From the NCBI GenBank assembly GCA_963778025.1, contig CAVZTA010000013.1:27811-91810 (forward strand): a stretch of 64,000 nt of DNA. Direction: 5' to 3'. Under the pieces are notes generated by a model. That model ran no database searches, was not told where the DNA came from, and worked only from the letters and a program-made list of their open reading frames with translations. Made by a program: the position numbers and the translations under genes. Source of the stretch: an uncultured Chloroflexia bacterium. GTDB taxonomy: Bacteria > Chloroflexota > Limnocylindria > Limnocylindrales > CSP1-4. Below, piece after piece: positions 1 through 12,157 of this stretch (positions within the stretch are counted from its first letter, which is position 1; the number at the start of each line of letters is the position of its first letter).

Positions 1-1260
1 TCCGCCGCCGCCGCCGCATCCACCGCGGTCGCGTCGGCCGCGAACGCCGCAGCCAACGGCGACGAGGTCCTGCTGGCCGTTCGCGAGGTCACGAAATACT
101 TCGACATCCGGGGCGGTGTCCTGGGCGTCAGCAAGGTCGCCTCGGTGCGCGCGGTGGACGGCGTCTCGTTCGACGTGCGGCGCGGCGAGACGCTGGGCCT
201 GGTGGGCGAGTCGGGTTGCGGGAAGACGACCCTGGGCAAGGTCGTGCTGGGCCTGATCCCGGCGACGTCGGGCTCGGTGAAGTTCAAGGACCAGATGCTG
301 TTCGACATCCCCACGCCAGCCCAGAAGAAGGCCGGCCGCAAGACGTACCACATCCCGTCGGGCAAGCTCAAGGACCTGCGCAAGGACGTCCAGGTCGTCT
401 TCCAGGACCCATACGCGTCCCTCAACCCGCGGATGACCGTCGGCGAGATCGTGGGCGAGGGTCCGCTCGTGCACGGGCTCAAGGACAAGCGCAAGCGTGA
501 GGCGGTGGTTCGCGAGCTGCTGGGCAAGGTGGGCCTCAACCAGAGCCACATCCATCGCTACCCACACGAGTTCTCGGGCGGTCAGCGCCAGCGCATCGGC
601 ATCGCCCGCGCACTCGCGGTCAACCCCGACTTCGTGGTCTGCGACGAGCCCGTCTCGGCGCTCGACGTGTCGATCCAGAGCCAGGTGCTGAACCTGCTCG
701 ACGACCTGCAGCGTGAGTTCGGCCTGACCTACCTGTTCATCGCCCACAACCTCGCGGTCGTCGAGCACATCAGCGACCGGGTCGGCGTCATGTACCTGGG
801 CCGGATGGCGGAGCTCGCCGACGTCGACACGCTGTACACCAATCCGCGCCACCCGTACACGGTGGCCCTGCTCTCCGCGATCCCGAATCCCGACCCGCGG
901 ATCCGCAAGAAGCGGCTGGTCCTCAAGGGCGACATCCCGTCGCCGGCGAACCCGCCGTCGGGCTGCCGGTTCCACACCCGCTGCTGGCTGCGCGAGCGCC
1001 TGGGCAACCCCGAGAACTGCGCCACGATCGATCCGGACTTCCGGGACATCGGCGACGGCCACCTGGTGGCGTGCCACTGGGCCGAGGAGATGTCGACGGT
1101 GGGTCGCGAGGTCAAGGAGGCGCTGGGGATCATGCCGCGCGACCCGGCCGCGAAGGGCGTCCCCCCGGCGAGCGCTCCGGCGCCCGTCCCGGTGATGGAG
1201 GTGGAGGAGCGGATGCCCACCCCGCCCACGGGTCCCCAGAAGGAGTTGCCGCTCACCTGA
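1..1260 (+). CDS. Oligopeptide/dipeptide ABC transporter ATP-binding subunit (OppF/DppF-like), 5' end beyond window
   Basis: Frame open from base 1; Walker A GESGCGKT, signature FSGGQRQR, Walker B VVCDEP, C-terminal [10 protein letters not shown] oligopeptide-ATPase tail. Confidence 0.95.
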   Translation, partial: SAAAAASTAVASAANAAANGDEVLLAVREVTKYFDIRGGVLGVSKVASVRAVDGVSFDVRRGETLGLVGESGCGKTTLGKVVLGLIPATSGSVKFKDQMLFDIPTPAQKKAGRKTYHIPSGKLKDLRKDVQVVFQDPYASLNPRMTVGEIVGEGPLVHGLKDKRKREAVVRELLGKVGLNQSHIHRYPHEFSGGQRQRIGIARALAVNPDFVVCDEPVSALDVSIQSQVLNLLDDLQREFGLTYLFIAHNLAVVEHISDRVGVMYLGRMAELADVDTLYTNPRHPYTVALLSAIPNPDPRIRKKRLVLKGDIPSPANPPSGCRFHTRCWLRERLGNPENCATIDPDFRDIGDGHLVACHWAEEMSTVGREVKEALGIMPRDPAAKGVPPASAPAPVPVMEVEERMPTPPTGPQKELPLT

Positions 1261-1317
1261 TCGGCGTCAGGTGTGACGGGCCCGGCGGCGCCCTGCGCGC
1301 CGCGGCGCGGGACCGCG

Positions 1318-1710
1318 TCAGCCGACCTTGTCGAGCGTGACCGTCCAGTCCGTGCAGCCCGTGTCCGACTGGCTGATCGTGTAGTTGCCATCGGGCACGC
1401 TCGTGAGGATCGTCGAGTAGGTCGGGAGCTTCGTCGACTTCTCCTTGGTGTACCCGTTGTCGCCGGTCAGCACGAACGTCGAGCCGCCGACGCAGCCCGT
1501 CGTGGTCCATTGCAGGCGGTACGTCCCCGCCGCCAGCGGGAAGGGGGTCGTGTCGCCCGGCTTGATGGTGTAGTTCTTGGCGGGCGACGCCGACGGCGAC
1601 GCACCACCCCCGTCACCCGCCTGACCCGGAGCCGACGCGCCGCACGCGACGAGGAACAGGGTCGAGAGGGCGATCGCTCCGGCGACCGCCAGACGGCGCG
1701 GCAGATCCAT
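1318..1710 (-). CDS. Small secreted lipoprotein of unknown function, last gene of the minus-strand opp operon
   Basis: Hydrophobic signal ending LVAC (lipobox), S/P linker, beta-rich domain with two further Cys; GGAGAGG SD upstream. Confidence 0.75.
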   Translation of the reverse strand: MDLPRRLAVAGAIALSTLFLVACGASAPGQAGDGGGASPSASPAKNYTIKPGDTTPFPLAAGTYRLQWTTTGCVGGSTFVLTGDNGYTKEKSTKLPTYSTILTSVPDGNYTISQSDTGCTDWTVTLDKVG

Positions 1711-1722
1711 GATTCCCTCTCC

Positions 1723-2888
1723 TCAGGTCGAGGCCGACGAAGGCGCAGGTTCGGCGGGACTCGGATCGGACTGGATGGCGGCCAGGTTCTGCGCGGCCGA
1801 CGGGCCACGGAAATGACACGCGACGGACTGTCCGGCCTGGACCTCCACCAGCGCCGGCTCCCGCTCGACGCACAGGGAGGGCCCGCCGAGCTGCGCGCGC
1901 AGCTGACAGCGGGGATTGAAGCGGCAGCCGGGCGGCGGGTTGAGGGGGCTCGGGACGTCGCCCTCGAGGATGATCCGCTTCCGGTGCAGCTCGGGATCCG
2001 GGACCGGGATCGCGGAGAACAGGGCCTGCGTGTACGGGTGCAGCGGGTCGGTGAACATGATGCGTCGGTCGGCGAGCTCCGCGACCCGGCCCAGGTACAT
2101 CACCGCCACCCGGTCGCTGATGTGCTCCACCACGCCCATGTTGTGGGCGATGAAGAGGTACGTCAGCCCGAGCTCGCGCTGGAGGTTCTTCAGCAGGTTC
2201 AGGACCTGCGCCTGGATCGACACGTCCAGCGCCGACACGGGCTCATCGCAGACCACCAGGTCCGGCTCGAGGACGAGGGCCCGCGCGATCCCGATGCGTT
2301 GACGCTGCCCGCCCGAGAACTCGTGCGGATACCGCCGCGCGTGGTACGACGCGAGGCCGACCATGTCCATCATCCGCAGCACCTTGTCGCGCCGGACGGT
2401 GCCGTCGCCCCAGCCGTTCTCGCGCGTGGCGTGGATCCGCAGCCCCTCCGCGATCGACGACCCGATGGGCGTGCGCGGGTCGAGCGACGCGAACGGGTCC
2501 TGGAAGATGATCTGCATCCGTCGCCGGTAGGCCTTCAGGCGCGCGCCGTCGAGCTTCACGATGTCCACCGGGCCGCCCGGCGCATCGAACAGGATCTGCC
2601 CCGACGTCGGCTCGATCAGCCGCAGCAGCAACCGGCCGACGGTCGTCTTGCCGCAGCCCGACTCTCCGACCAGCCCGAGCGTCTCGCCCCGCCGGATCTC
2701 GAACGAGACGCCGTCGACCGCCTTCACCTGACCCACGGTCCGCTGCAGGATGCCGCCCTTCACCGGGAAGTACTTCACGAGGTCGCGGACCTCGACGAGC
2801 GGTACGACGCCCGGCGTCGCCGAAGGGGCGGCGGACGAGCCGGCTCCGCGGGGCCCGGGTTCCGGCACGCGATCGACCGCGAGGGCGC

Positions 2889-2892
<4 letters not shown>
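1723..2892 (-). CDS. oppF: Peptide ABC transporter ATP-binding subunit OppF
   Basis: GTG at 2892 overlaps oppD stop (GTGA); [32 protein letters not shown]. Confidence 0.92.
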
Positions 2893-4037
<1,145 letters not shown>

Positions 4038-4044
4038 CGACCGC

Positions 4045-5004
4045 TCATCGGTTCAGCCGCGGGTCGAGCGCGTCGCGGATGCCGTCGCCCAGCAGGTTGA
4101 ACGCGAGGACCGTCAGCACGATCGCGATGCCCGGGAACACGATGAGGTGCGGTGACGCGAACACCGAGTTGCGCTCGATGCCGATCATGGAGCCCCACTC
4201 GGCGGTCGGCGGCTGTGTGCCGAGGCCCAGGAACGACAGGGCCGCCACGTCGAGGATCGCCCCGCCGATGCCCAGCGTGCCCTGGACGATCACCGGCGTC
4301 ATCGCATTGGGCAGGACGCGCCGGGTCAGGATCCCGAACCGCGACTCGCCCAGGGCCTTGGACGCCGTCACGTAGTCGTTCTCGCGGGTCGCGAGCACCG
4401 ACGCTCGCATGACCCGGGCATAGATCGGCACGGCGACGATGCCCACGGCGATCATCGCGTTGGTCAGGCTCGCGCCCAGGACGCTCACGATGGCGATCGC
4501 CAGGAGCAGGGCGGGGAAGGCGAGCAGGACGTCCATGAGCCGCATGAGGATCGTGTCGGACCGGCCCGCGAAGAAGCCGGCGACCGCGCCGATCAACGAG
4601 CCGACGACGATCGCCACGCCCACGGTCACGACCCCGACCAGCAGGCTCACCCGGCTGCCCACGACGATCCGCGAGTACACGTCGCGGACGTTGGCATCGA
4701 GCCCGAAGAAGTGCTCCGGTTGGCTCGCCGGACAACCGAGGAGGTGGATGCACGGGGCGGCCCGCACCTTGGCGCCTGTCTCGTGTGCGTCGAGCATCGA
4801 CTGGTTCGGGTCGTGGGTCCGGACGACGTCGGCGAAGACCGCGACGAACACCAGGAGCGCGATGATCGCGAGCCCGACGACCGCGGATCGCTGGCGCAGG
4901 ACGTTGCGGGCGGTGTCGCGCCACAGGTTCGGGGCCGCCGTGCGCGTCGCTGTCTGCGGATGCGGCGTCGGGGCCAGGTCGAGCGGGGGTGCGACGCTGC
5001 TCAT
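4045..5004 (-). CDS. oppC: Peptide ABC transporter permease OppC
   Basis: Multiple TM helices, HFFGLD-RDVYSR motif, EAA-like loop YVTASKALG. Confidence 0.92.
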   Translation of the reverse strand: MSSVAPPLDLAPTPHPQTATRTAAPNLWRDTARNVLRQRSAVVGLAIIALLVFVAVFADVVRTHDPNQSMLDAHETGAKVRAAPCIHLLGCPASQPEHFFGLDANVRDVYSRIVVGSRVSLLVGVVTVGVAIVVGSLIGAVAGFFAGRSDTILMRLMDVLLAFPALLLAIAIVSVLGASLTNAMIAVGIVAVPIYARVMRASVLATRENDYVTASKALGESRFGILTRRVLPNAMTPVIVQGTLGIGGAILDVAALSFLGLGTQPPTAEWGSMIGIERNSVFASPHLIVFPGIAIVLTVLAFNLLGDGIRDALDPRLNR

Positions 5005-5007
5005 CGA

Positions 5008-6084
5008 TCAGTCCAATCGGATGCGCGGGTCGAGGAGCGCGTAGCTCACGTCGACCAGGAGGTTGACCACGACATAGATCGTGGCGATGACGATGACCAT
5101 GCCCTGCACGATGACGTAGTCACGCGCCGTGATCGCGTCGGTCACCGTCCGCCCGATGCCGCTCAGGTTGAAGATGGTCTCGGTCAGGACCGCGCCGGAC
5201 AGCAGGCCGCCGAGGGACAGGCCGACCACCGTCACGACGGGCAGCAGCGCGTTGCGCATCGCGTGGCGGGAGACGACGAGCCGCTCACGCAGGCCCTTCG
5301 CACGAGCCGTCCGGATGTAGTCCTGTCCCAGGACGTCGAGCAGGCTCGAGCGGGTCATGCGCGCGATGATGGCCATCGGGATGGTGCCCAGCGCGATGGC
5401 CGGCAGGATCATGTGCCGCAGCGCATCGCCCAGGACCGCCCACTGGCCGGTGACCAGGGCGTCCACCGTGTACATCCCGGACACGAAGTCGAGGATGGCT
5501 CGGGGGGGACCCTGGAGACCCTGGAGTCCCCACGCCTCGACCATGGGCACGGCGTGCAGCCCCGGGCTCAGCCGGCCAGACGGCGGCAGGCTCAGGATCG
5601 TGCCCTTGAAGCCCACCGCGAAGATGTACGCGAAGAGCAGGCCCAGGACGAAGACGGGGATCGAGACGCCGATGTTGGCGAGGATCATCGTCCCCACGTC
5701 GATGGGTGAGTTGCGGCGGACCGCGGAGATCCGTCCGAGCGTGATGCCGGCGACCGTCGCGAACGCCATCGCGAAGATCGTCAGCTCGATGGTCAGCGGC
5801 AACCGCTGCACGAGCACCGTCGTGACGTCCTGATCCAGCTGCACGCTGTGGCCCAGGTCGCCCCGGAGGATCGCGCCCAGGTAGATCAGGAACTGGGTCG
5901 GGATCGGCTGGTCCAGCCCGTAGCGCTGCGCGAACGCCGCGCAGATCTCGGGCGTCGCCTTCTCGCCCAGCGCGGCGGCGCACGGATCGCCCGGGATCAG
6001 CCGGGCGAGCGCGAACACCAGGAAGACGATCCCGAACAGGACCGGGATGCTGAGCAGGATCCTGCGGATGACGAAGCGGATCAT
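5008..6084 (-). CDS. oppB: Peptide ABC transporter permease OppB
   Basis: PGDP, GLDQP, GDLG motifs; DYIRTARAKGL EAA loop; RDY motif. Confidence 0.93.
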   Translation of the reverse strand: MIRFVIRRILLSIPVLFGIVFLVFALARLIPGDPCAAALGEKATPEICAAFAQRYGLDQPIPTQFLIYLGAILRGDLGHSVQLDQDVTTVLVQRLPLTIELTIFAMAFATVAGITLGRISAVRRNSPIDVGTMILANIGVSIPVFVLGLLFAYIFAVGFKGTILSLPPSGRLSPGLHAVPMVEAWGLQGLQGPPRAILDFVSGMYTVDALVTGQWAVLGDALRHMILPAIALGTIPMAIIARMTRSSLLDVLGQDYIRTARAKGLRERLVVSRHAMRNALLPVVTVVGLSLGGLLSGAVLTETIFNLSGIGRTVTDAITARDYVIVQGMVIVIATIYVVVNLLVDVSYALLDPRIRLD

Positions 6085-6106
6085 CGATCCGATCTCCGGG
6101 TAGACG

Positions 6107-6134
6107 AAGGGCGCCGCCCGAAGGCGGCGCCCTT
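6107..6134 (-). terminator. Stable stem-loop between oppA and oppB (mRNA stabiliser or partial terminator)
   Basis: Perfect 12-bp stem AAGGGCGCCGCC/GGCGGCGCCCTT with C(UUCG)G tetraloop on the minus strand. Confidence 0.75.
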
Positions 6135-6165
6135 GCGCACTGCTATCGCGTCCTGATGGCCGAGC

Positions 6166-7991
6166 TCAGCTCGGGCTCGCGCTCGGGCTCGTGCTCGGGC
6201 CGCGCTCGGGCTCGTGCTCGGGCTCGCGGTCGGCTTGGGGACCGGCGCGTTGAGGAACCCGCCGAAGAGGGTCGAGAAGTACACGAAGGTGCCGGTCCGG
6301 CCCTTGTGGAGCGGACTTTCGGCGTCCCACTGGGCGGCGAACGTGGAGACCACGTCGGTCGCGTCGAGCGTCGAGCCGTCCGCGAACTTCACGCCGTCCT
6401 TGAGCGTGCAGGTCCACTGCGTGAGGTCGCCATTCGGCTCGCACTTGGTGGCGAGGGCGGGCTCGACGTCGAGGCCACCGACCTTGTAGCCGTAGAGCGA
6501 CTCGGTCATCTGCTCGCAGGGGCGGAGCGCCTCGCCGTCGGTCTCGTCGGCGCAGTACAGGCCGCCTGGCGGGCCGCCCTGCATGAACACGAACTGCTGG
6601 CGGTCACCCGGGGTCATCACCGAGAACAGCTCGTTGCCCAGCGGCGACGAGTGCGCGTCCTGCACGTCGGCCCGATACGCGACCGCCGAGCCGCCATGCG
6701 CGACCGGGATCATCGGGACGTGCTCCTTGATGAGCTTGTTGGCCTCGGCGTACGCGGTGTTCCGGCCCGCCTGATCGGCCGTCGTGGCGCCCGTCTTGAG
6801 GGCCGCCTCGATATCCGGGAAGTGCGCGCCGAACTGCTGCGTGGCGCCGGCACCGAAGTGGACGTCCAGGAAGTTCGTGACGTCCGGGTAGTCGGCACCC
6901 CACCCGAGCAGGTGGATGCCGTCGAGCTTGCCAGCGTTGGCGTTGTCGATGTAGGCGGTGGTTTCCTGGATGTCGATCGCGGCGTCGATGTTCAGGTTGG
7001 TCTTCAGCTGCGCCTGGATGTCCGTGGCGACCTGTGTCGGGTTGGGCAGGTAGCCGCGGACGGTGTCGCGCAGATGGAGCGTGGTCTTGAAGCCGTCGGG
7101 GAAGCCCGCCGCGGCGAGCATCTCCTTGGCCTTCGTGGGGTCGAACTCGTACCAGGCGTCGCCCTCGCAGCCGCCGGGGATGGCGCACGGGGTGAAGTAC
7201 TTGGCGACCTCGGACCCGGCCGGGTAGAAGTTTTCGACGATGCGCTGGCGGTCGATGCCCATGGCCACCGCCTGGCGCACCTGCTCGTTGTCGAACGGCT
7301 TGTAGGCGTTGCTCATCCCGATGTAGAAGACGTTGAGGGCGGGCCGGGGGATGAGCTGCAGGTTCGGGTCGGCCTTGATCGTGTCGAAGTCCGTGGGGCC
7401 GACGTTGTCGATGCCGTCGATGGTCCCGGACTGCAGCTCGACCAGCCGCTGCGCGGCCTCCTTGCTCCAGTTGATGATGAGCGTCGGGGCCTTGGCGGGC
7501 TTGTCGCCGGTGTAGTTGGGGTTCGCGACCATCGTGATGTGGTCGCCCTTCACGAACTCCTGGAGCATGTACGGGCCGGTGCCGTTGGGCTTCGTGACGA
7601 TCGAGCCGTCGGCGGCTGCCTTGGCCAGATAGTCGGAGTCGTTGATCGCGAACGAGCTGAACGCGATCTTGGCGAGGAACGCGACATCCGGCGAGCACAG
7701 ATCGAAGACGACGGTCTTCGCATCGGGCGCCGAGATCTTCTTGAAGTTGCCGGCGTACTTCTTGTGCGTGGCATCCGGCGCTTCCTTCTGCCCGCACGGC
7801 GCCTCGCCGCTCACGGGGTAGACCGAGGGCGCCGACGCGCCGCCGGAGCTGCTCGCGGCGGGCGTCGCGGATGCGGGGGCGGCCGATGACGGCGCCGTAC
7901 TGGGCGATGCGGTCGATGTGCCGCACGCGCTCACGGCGATCGCCAGCGACGCCAGGACGGCGGGCAGCGACCACCGACGGGTTCGGGTCAT
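6166..7991 (-). CDS. oppA: Family 5 peptide-binding lipoprotein (OppA/DppA-like), apparently circularly permuted; 1-nt loss in the C-terminal repeat
   Basis: Lipobox VSAC; GTGPY, VRQAVAMGIDR, GWGADYPD, LKDGVKFADG motifs; restoring one base in the 12-bp repeat gives ...SPSASPS-stop at 6166. Confidence 0.9.
6169..6227. repeat. Five tandem 12-bp units GCTCGGGCTCGY encoding a (A/T)SPS tail; third unit lacks one T
   Basis: Units at 6169, 6181, 6193 (11 nt), 6204 and 6216. Confidence 0.9.
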
Positions 7992-8201
7992 GCGTTGCTC
8001 CTCCTTTGGTCCTCGCCCGGACCGAGCCTCCCTATTTGCAGGCCCAGGCGACGACCGTTATCCGCGCGCCACGGCGGCCCTCGCGGAAGTGCGCGCAGCC
8101 TAGCAGGCACACGGCCCGCCCGTCACGACGGGTGCCTGCCGTCGCGCGCCACCCTTGGAGGGGTCGCATCGCGGGACGGGCCTGCGCACACCGCGCTCCC
8201 C

Positions 8202-8207
8202 TAGACT
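8202..8207 (+). promoter_or_regulatory. -10-like hexamer TAGACT 6 nt before a GTG start (leaderless-type promoter)
   Basis: TAGACT-N6-GTG(8214), no SD. Confidence 0.55.
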
Positions 8208-8213
8208 GGCCTC

Positions 8214-9212
8214 GTGCAGCCGCTCCGCATCGCGCTCGCCCAGATCGCGCCGCGGCTCGGGGAGCTGGACGGGAACCTCGCCCGGCACCACGAGCTGCTG
8301 GACGCGGCGCGGTCCGCGGGTGCCGGGCTGGTCGTGTTCCCGGAGCTCGGACTCACGGGCTACCAGCTCCAGGACCTCGCGGCCGACGTGGCGATGCGGC
8401 TCGACGACCCGCGCCTGACACGGCTCGCGCGCGCGACGCGCGACCTGTCGGCGGTGGTCTCGTTCGTCGAGGAGTCGGGCGATCACCGGCTGTTCATCGC
8501 CGCCGCGCTGCTCGAGGACGGGGCGATCCGGCACGTCCATCGCAAGGTCTACCTGCCGACGTACGGGCTGTTCGACGAGCGGCGCTTCTTCGCCGCGGGC
8601 GACGTGATCCGGGCGACCCCATCGCGCCTCGGGGTGGGCCTGGGCATCGCGGTGTGCGAGGACTTCTGGCACGTGTCGGTGCCGCAGGTGCTCGCGACCG
8701 ACGGAGCGCAGGTGCTGATCAATGTGTCGTCGTCGCCCGGTCGCGACCTGGCGCGCGCCGACGAGGTGGGGTTGGGCACCGCGCGCTCGTGGGGCACGCT
8801 CATCCGGACGTATGCCCAGCTGACGACGTCGTACGTCGTGTTCTGCAACCGCGTGGGGGTCGACGAGTCGTTCTCGTTCTGGGGCGGCTCGGAGGTCATC
8901 GGGCCGGGCGGCGACCTGCGCCTGGGCGCGCCGCTGTGGGAGGAGGGCCTGTTCACGGTCGACATCGACCTCGCCGACGTCCGCCGCGAACGCATCTCGC
9001 TGCCCCTCCTGCGTGACGAGCGGCCGGAGCTGGTGGCACGCGAGTGGCGGCGCTTGATCGGGGAGCGGGCGGGTCTGACCGGCGACACCACGGCGGAGCC
9101 GGGTGCCGGACCGGGGCTCGATGTGGCGGCCGACGAGGGGACCGGCGCGGCCGGATCGAACGGCCGAGGGCGGCACGTGCGGCGGCGGACCCGGACCGGG
9201 AGCGACGGATGA
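8214..9212 (+). CDS. Nitrilase-family (carbon-nitrogen hydrolase) glutaminase partner of NadE
   Basis: E-K-C triad: VFPEL, HRKVYLPTYGLFDE, AVCEDFW; ATGA-coupled to nadE. Confidence 0.88.
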   Translation: MQPLRIALAQIAPRLGELDGNLARHHELLDAARSAGAGLVVFPELGLTGYQLQDLAADVAMRLDDPRLTRLARATRDLSAVVSFVEESGDHRLFIAAALLEDGAIRHVHRKVYLPTYGLFDERRFFAAGDVIRATPSRLGVGLGIAVCEDFWHVSVPQVLATDGAQVLINVSSSPGRDLARADEVGLGTARSWGTLIRTYAQLTTSYVVFCNRVGVDESFSFWGGSEVIGPGGDLRLGAPLWEEGLFTVDIDLADVRRERISLPLLRDERPELVAREWRRLIGERAGLTGDTTAEPGAGPGLDVAADEGTGAAGSNGRGRHVRRRTRTGSDG

Positions 9213-10099
9213 GCGCCGAGGCGCTGTTCGTCCTGCCCGAGGAGCTCGCGATCGACACGGACGTCGCGCGGCGGGTCATGCGTGGCTTCATCCGTGGCCA
9301 GCTCGAACAGGCGGGCTTCGAACGGGCCGTGCTCGGGCTGTCCGGGGGCATCGACTCCGCGCTCGTCGCGTATCTCGTCGCCGAGGCGATCGGCGCGGAC
9401 CGGCTGCTCGCGGTGCTGATGCCATACCGGACCTCATCGCCCGCGTCGCGTGCCGACGCCGAGACCGTGGTGGCGGCGTTGGGTTGCGCGAGCGAGCTCG
9501 TCGAGATCACCGCGATGGTCGACGGCTACTTCGGCACCGACGACCATGCCGGCGCGGGTGGGCCGGCGGCCGCCGAGGCATCCGCGCTCCGGCGCGGCAA
9601 CTTCGCCGCGCGGATGCGGATGGCGACGCTCTACGACCGCTCGGTGACGTGGGGTGGGCTGGTCGTCGGCACCGGCAACAAGACCGAGGGGCTGATCGGC
9701 TATACGACGCTGTTCGGTGACAGTGCCTGCGCGTTCAACCCGATCGGCGACCTGTACAAGAGCCAGGTGCGGCAGCTCGCGCAGGCCATCGGCGTCCCCG
9801 AGGCGATCATCCGCAAGGCCCCGTCGGCGGACCTGTGGCCGGGCCAGACCGACGAGCAGGAGGCCGGCTTCACGTACCACGAGCTCGATCGCCTGCTGTT
9901 CTGGCGCATCGACAAGCGGCGCTCGGTCGAGGAGCTCGTGGCGATGGGCTTCGACGCCGCGACCGTGACCCGCGTGGACCGGATGATCGCCGCGTCGGAG
10001 TTCAAGCGCCAGGTCCCGCCGATCGCCAAGCTGGGGCCGCGGACCGCCGGCGTCGACTACCTCTATCCGCGCCGACGGCCAGGCTCCGCCCGGGCGTGA
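9209..10099 (+). CDS. nadE: NAD+ synthetase (synthetase subunit)
   Basis: GLSGGIDS PP-loop, N..AR.RM, GTGNKTE, TLFGD, PIGDLYKSQV, KAPSADLW. Confidence 0.95.
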   Translation: MSAEALFVLPEELAIDTDVARRVMRGFIRGQLEQAGFERAVLGLSGGIDSALVAYLVAEAIGADRLLAVLMPYRTSSPASRADAETVVAALGCASELVEITAMVDGYFGTDDHAGAGGPAAAEASALRRGNFAARMRMATLYDRSVTWGGLVVGTGNKTEGLIGYTTLFGDSACAFNPIGDLYKSQVRQLAQAIGVPEAIIRKAPSADLWPGQTDEQEAGFTYHELDRLLFWRIDKRRSVEELVAMGFDAATVTRVDRMIAASEFKRQVPPIAKLGPRTAGVDYLYPRRRPGSARA

Positions 10100-10954
10100 C
10101 GGCCTCGCCCGGCGGCTCGCTCTACGTCGTCGCGACCCCCATCGGCAACCTCGGCGATATCACGCTCCGGGCACTGGAGACGCTCCGTTCGGTGCCGCTC
10201 ATCGCCGCCGAGGACACCCGCGTCACGCGGCGACTGCTGACGCGCTATGAGATCCCGACGCGGATGGTCAGCTACCACGCCCGCAGCGGGCCGTCTCGTG
10301 AGGAGGAGCTCGTCGGGCATCTCCGGGCGGGCGCGGATCTGGCCCTCGTGACCGATGCCGGGACGCCGGCCATCTCGGACCCGGGTGAGGGGCTGGTGGC
10401 GCGCTGGGCGTCGGAGGGCGGGTCGGTGGTGCCGATCCCGGGCGCGTCATCCGTGCTCGCGGCGGTCGCTGCCTCGGGCGTCGCCGGCCCTCGCTGGGGC
10501 TTCGAGGGGTTCCTCCCGCGGTCCGGGCGGGAGCGCCGCGAGCGGCTGGCCCGGCTGGCGGCCGACGAGCGGGGAAGCGTCTTGTTCGAGGCGCCGGGGC
10601 GGTTGGCGGCGACCCTGCGCGACCTCGCGGCGGTGTGCGGGGGCGCGCGCGCCGGCGCCGTCTGCCGGGAGCTCACGAAGCTCCACGAGACGATCTCGCG
10701 CGGGACGCTGGCGTCGCTCGCTGAGGCCGCGGCCGGCGGCGCCGATCCCGGCCCGGGGCGAGGTGGTCATCGTCGTCGGGTGGGGCACGCCGCCCGGGGA
10801 TCCGACGGAGGCCGCCGCCGAGAGCGTCGAGGCCGCCCGAGACGCGGTCGAGCGGCTCGTCGCGTCGGGGGTCGCGCGTGGCGAGGCCGCCAAACGCGTC
10901 GCCAGGGAGCGCGGGATCCCGCGCCGGCAGCTGTACGGAGAACCACGCGACTGA
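10096..10954 (+). CDS. rsmI: 16S rRNA (C1402) 2'-O-methyltransferase; frameshift near 10740
   Basis: LYVVATPIGNLGDIT, AAEDTR, DAGTPAISDPG, RELTKLHE; C-terminal RGEVVIVV...RRQLY in shifted frame. Confidence 0.92.
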
Positions 10955-11012
10955 ACGTCGGGATGGTCCCGCAACGCGGCCGGTGGCACGACGTCCGTAG
11001 GATGGAGGGCCG

Positions 11013-12144
11013 ATGACGCATCCCGCAGCCCCGCCGGTCAGCACCGGGTCGGGGATCCCGATCCTTGGACCGCTCGGCCGCGGCGCGCGGATCGGCGTGC
11101 TCGCGACGCTCGCCATCGCGGTCGTGGCGATCGTCCTCGAGGTCGTGTTCCACGTCGAGGGCACGCCGCTGTTCCTCGTGTCCGCGCTCGGGATCCTGGG
11201 GCTCGCGTGGGTCGTGGGGCTCGCGACGGAGCGGCTCGGGGCGATCACCGGACCGCAGATCGGCGGCATCCTCAACGCGACGTTCGGCAACATCGCGGAA
11301 CTGATCATCGCGTTCTTCGCGCTCCAGGCCGGCCTGATCACGGTCGTCAAGGCGTCGATCACCGGCTCGATCATCGGCAACCTCCTGCTCGTCCTGGGCA
11401 TCTCGCTGCTGGTCGGCGGGCTGCGCAACGGGATCCAGCGGTTCAGCCGGCTGATCGCGGGCTCGAACGCGGCGCTGCTGCTGCTCGCGCTGGTCGGGCT
11501 GTTCGTGCCGGCGGTGTTCGCGTTCAGCTCGGGCGATTCCTCGAACGACACGCTGACCGAGGAATCGGTGCTCGTCGCGTTCGCACTCATCGCGGGCTAC
11601 GTGCTGTCCATCGTGTGGCAGTTCACGAATCCCGAGCGCACGCTGGGCGGGCACGGCGAGCCGGCCGGGCACGGCGGGCCCGCGTGGACCGGGGGCATCG
11701 CGGTCGTCGTGCTCCTGGGCGCGGCGGCGCTGCTGGCGATCCTCTCGGAGTTCCTCGTGGGGTCCATCGAGCCGTTCATCGAGCAGTTCGGCCTGTCCGA
11801 GTTCTTCGTCGGCGTGATCCTCATCCCGACGATCGGCAACCTCGCCGAGCACGTCGTGGCCGTGCAGCTGGCCTGGAAGGACAAGATGGAGTTCGCGATG
11901 GCCGTGTGCTACGGCTCGTCGCTCCAGGTCGCACTGTTCGTCGCGCCGGTCCTCGTGCTCGCCGGTGTCGTCGATCGGCCAGCCGATGAACCTCGTGTTC
12001 CACCCGCTGGAGGTCGCGGCGGTGGGCGCCGCGGTGGGTATCTCGGCGCTCATCTCGCTCGATGGCGAGTCCAACTGGCTCGAGGGGGCACTGCTGACGA
12101 TCGTGTACGTCATCCTCGCCATCAGCTTCTTCGAGCTGCGATGA
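11013..12144 (+). CDS. Ca2+/H+ antiporter (CAX/ChaA family); frameshift near 11973
   Basis: [35 protein letters not shown]; shifted frame continues ...DGESNWLEG to TGA 12144. Confidence 0.9.
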
Positions 12145-12157
12145 GGCCCGGCTAGCG

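Noticed and set aside
6081-6230. ARARARARA tail and oppA/oppB overlap; possible phase variation
   Set aside because: Explained by one missing T in a 12-bp unit; whole-unit slippage would keep the frame, so this is not a phase switch.
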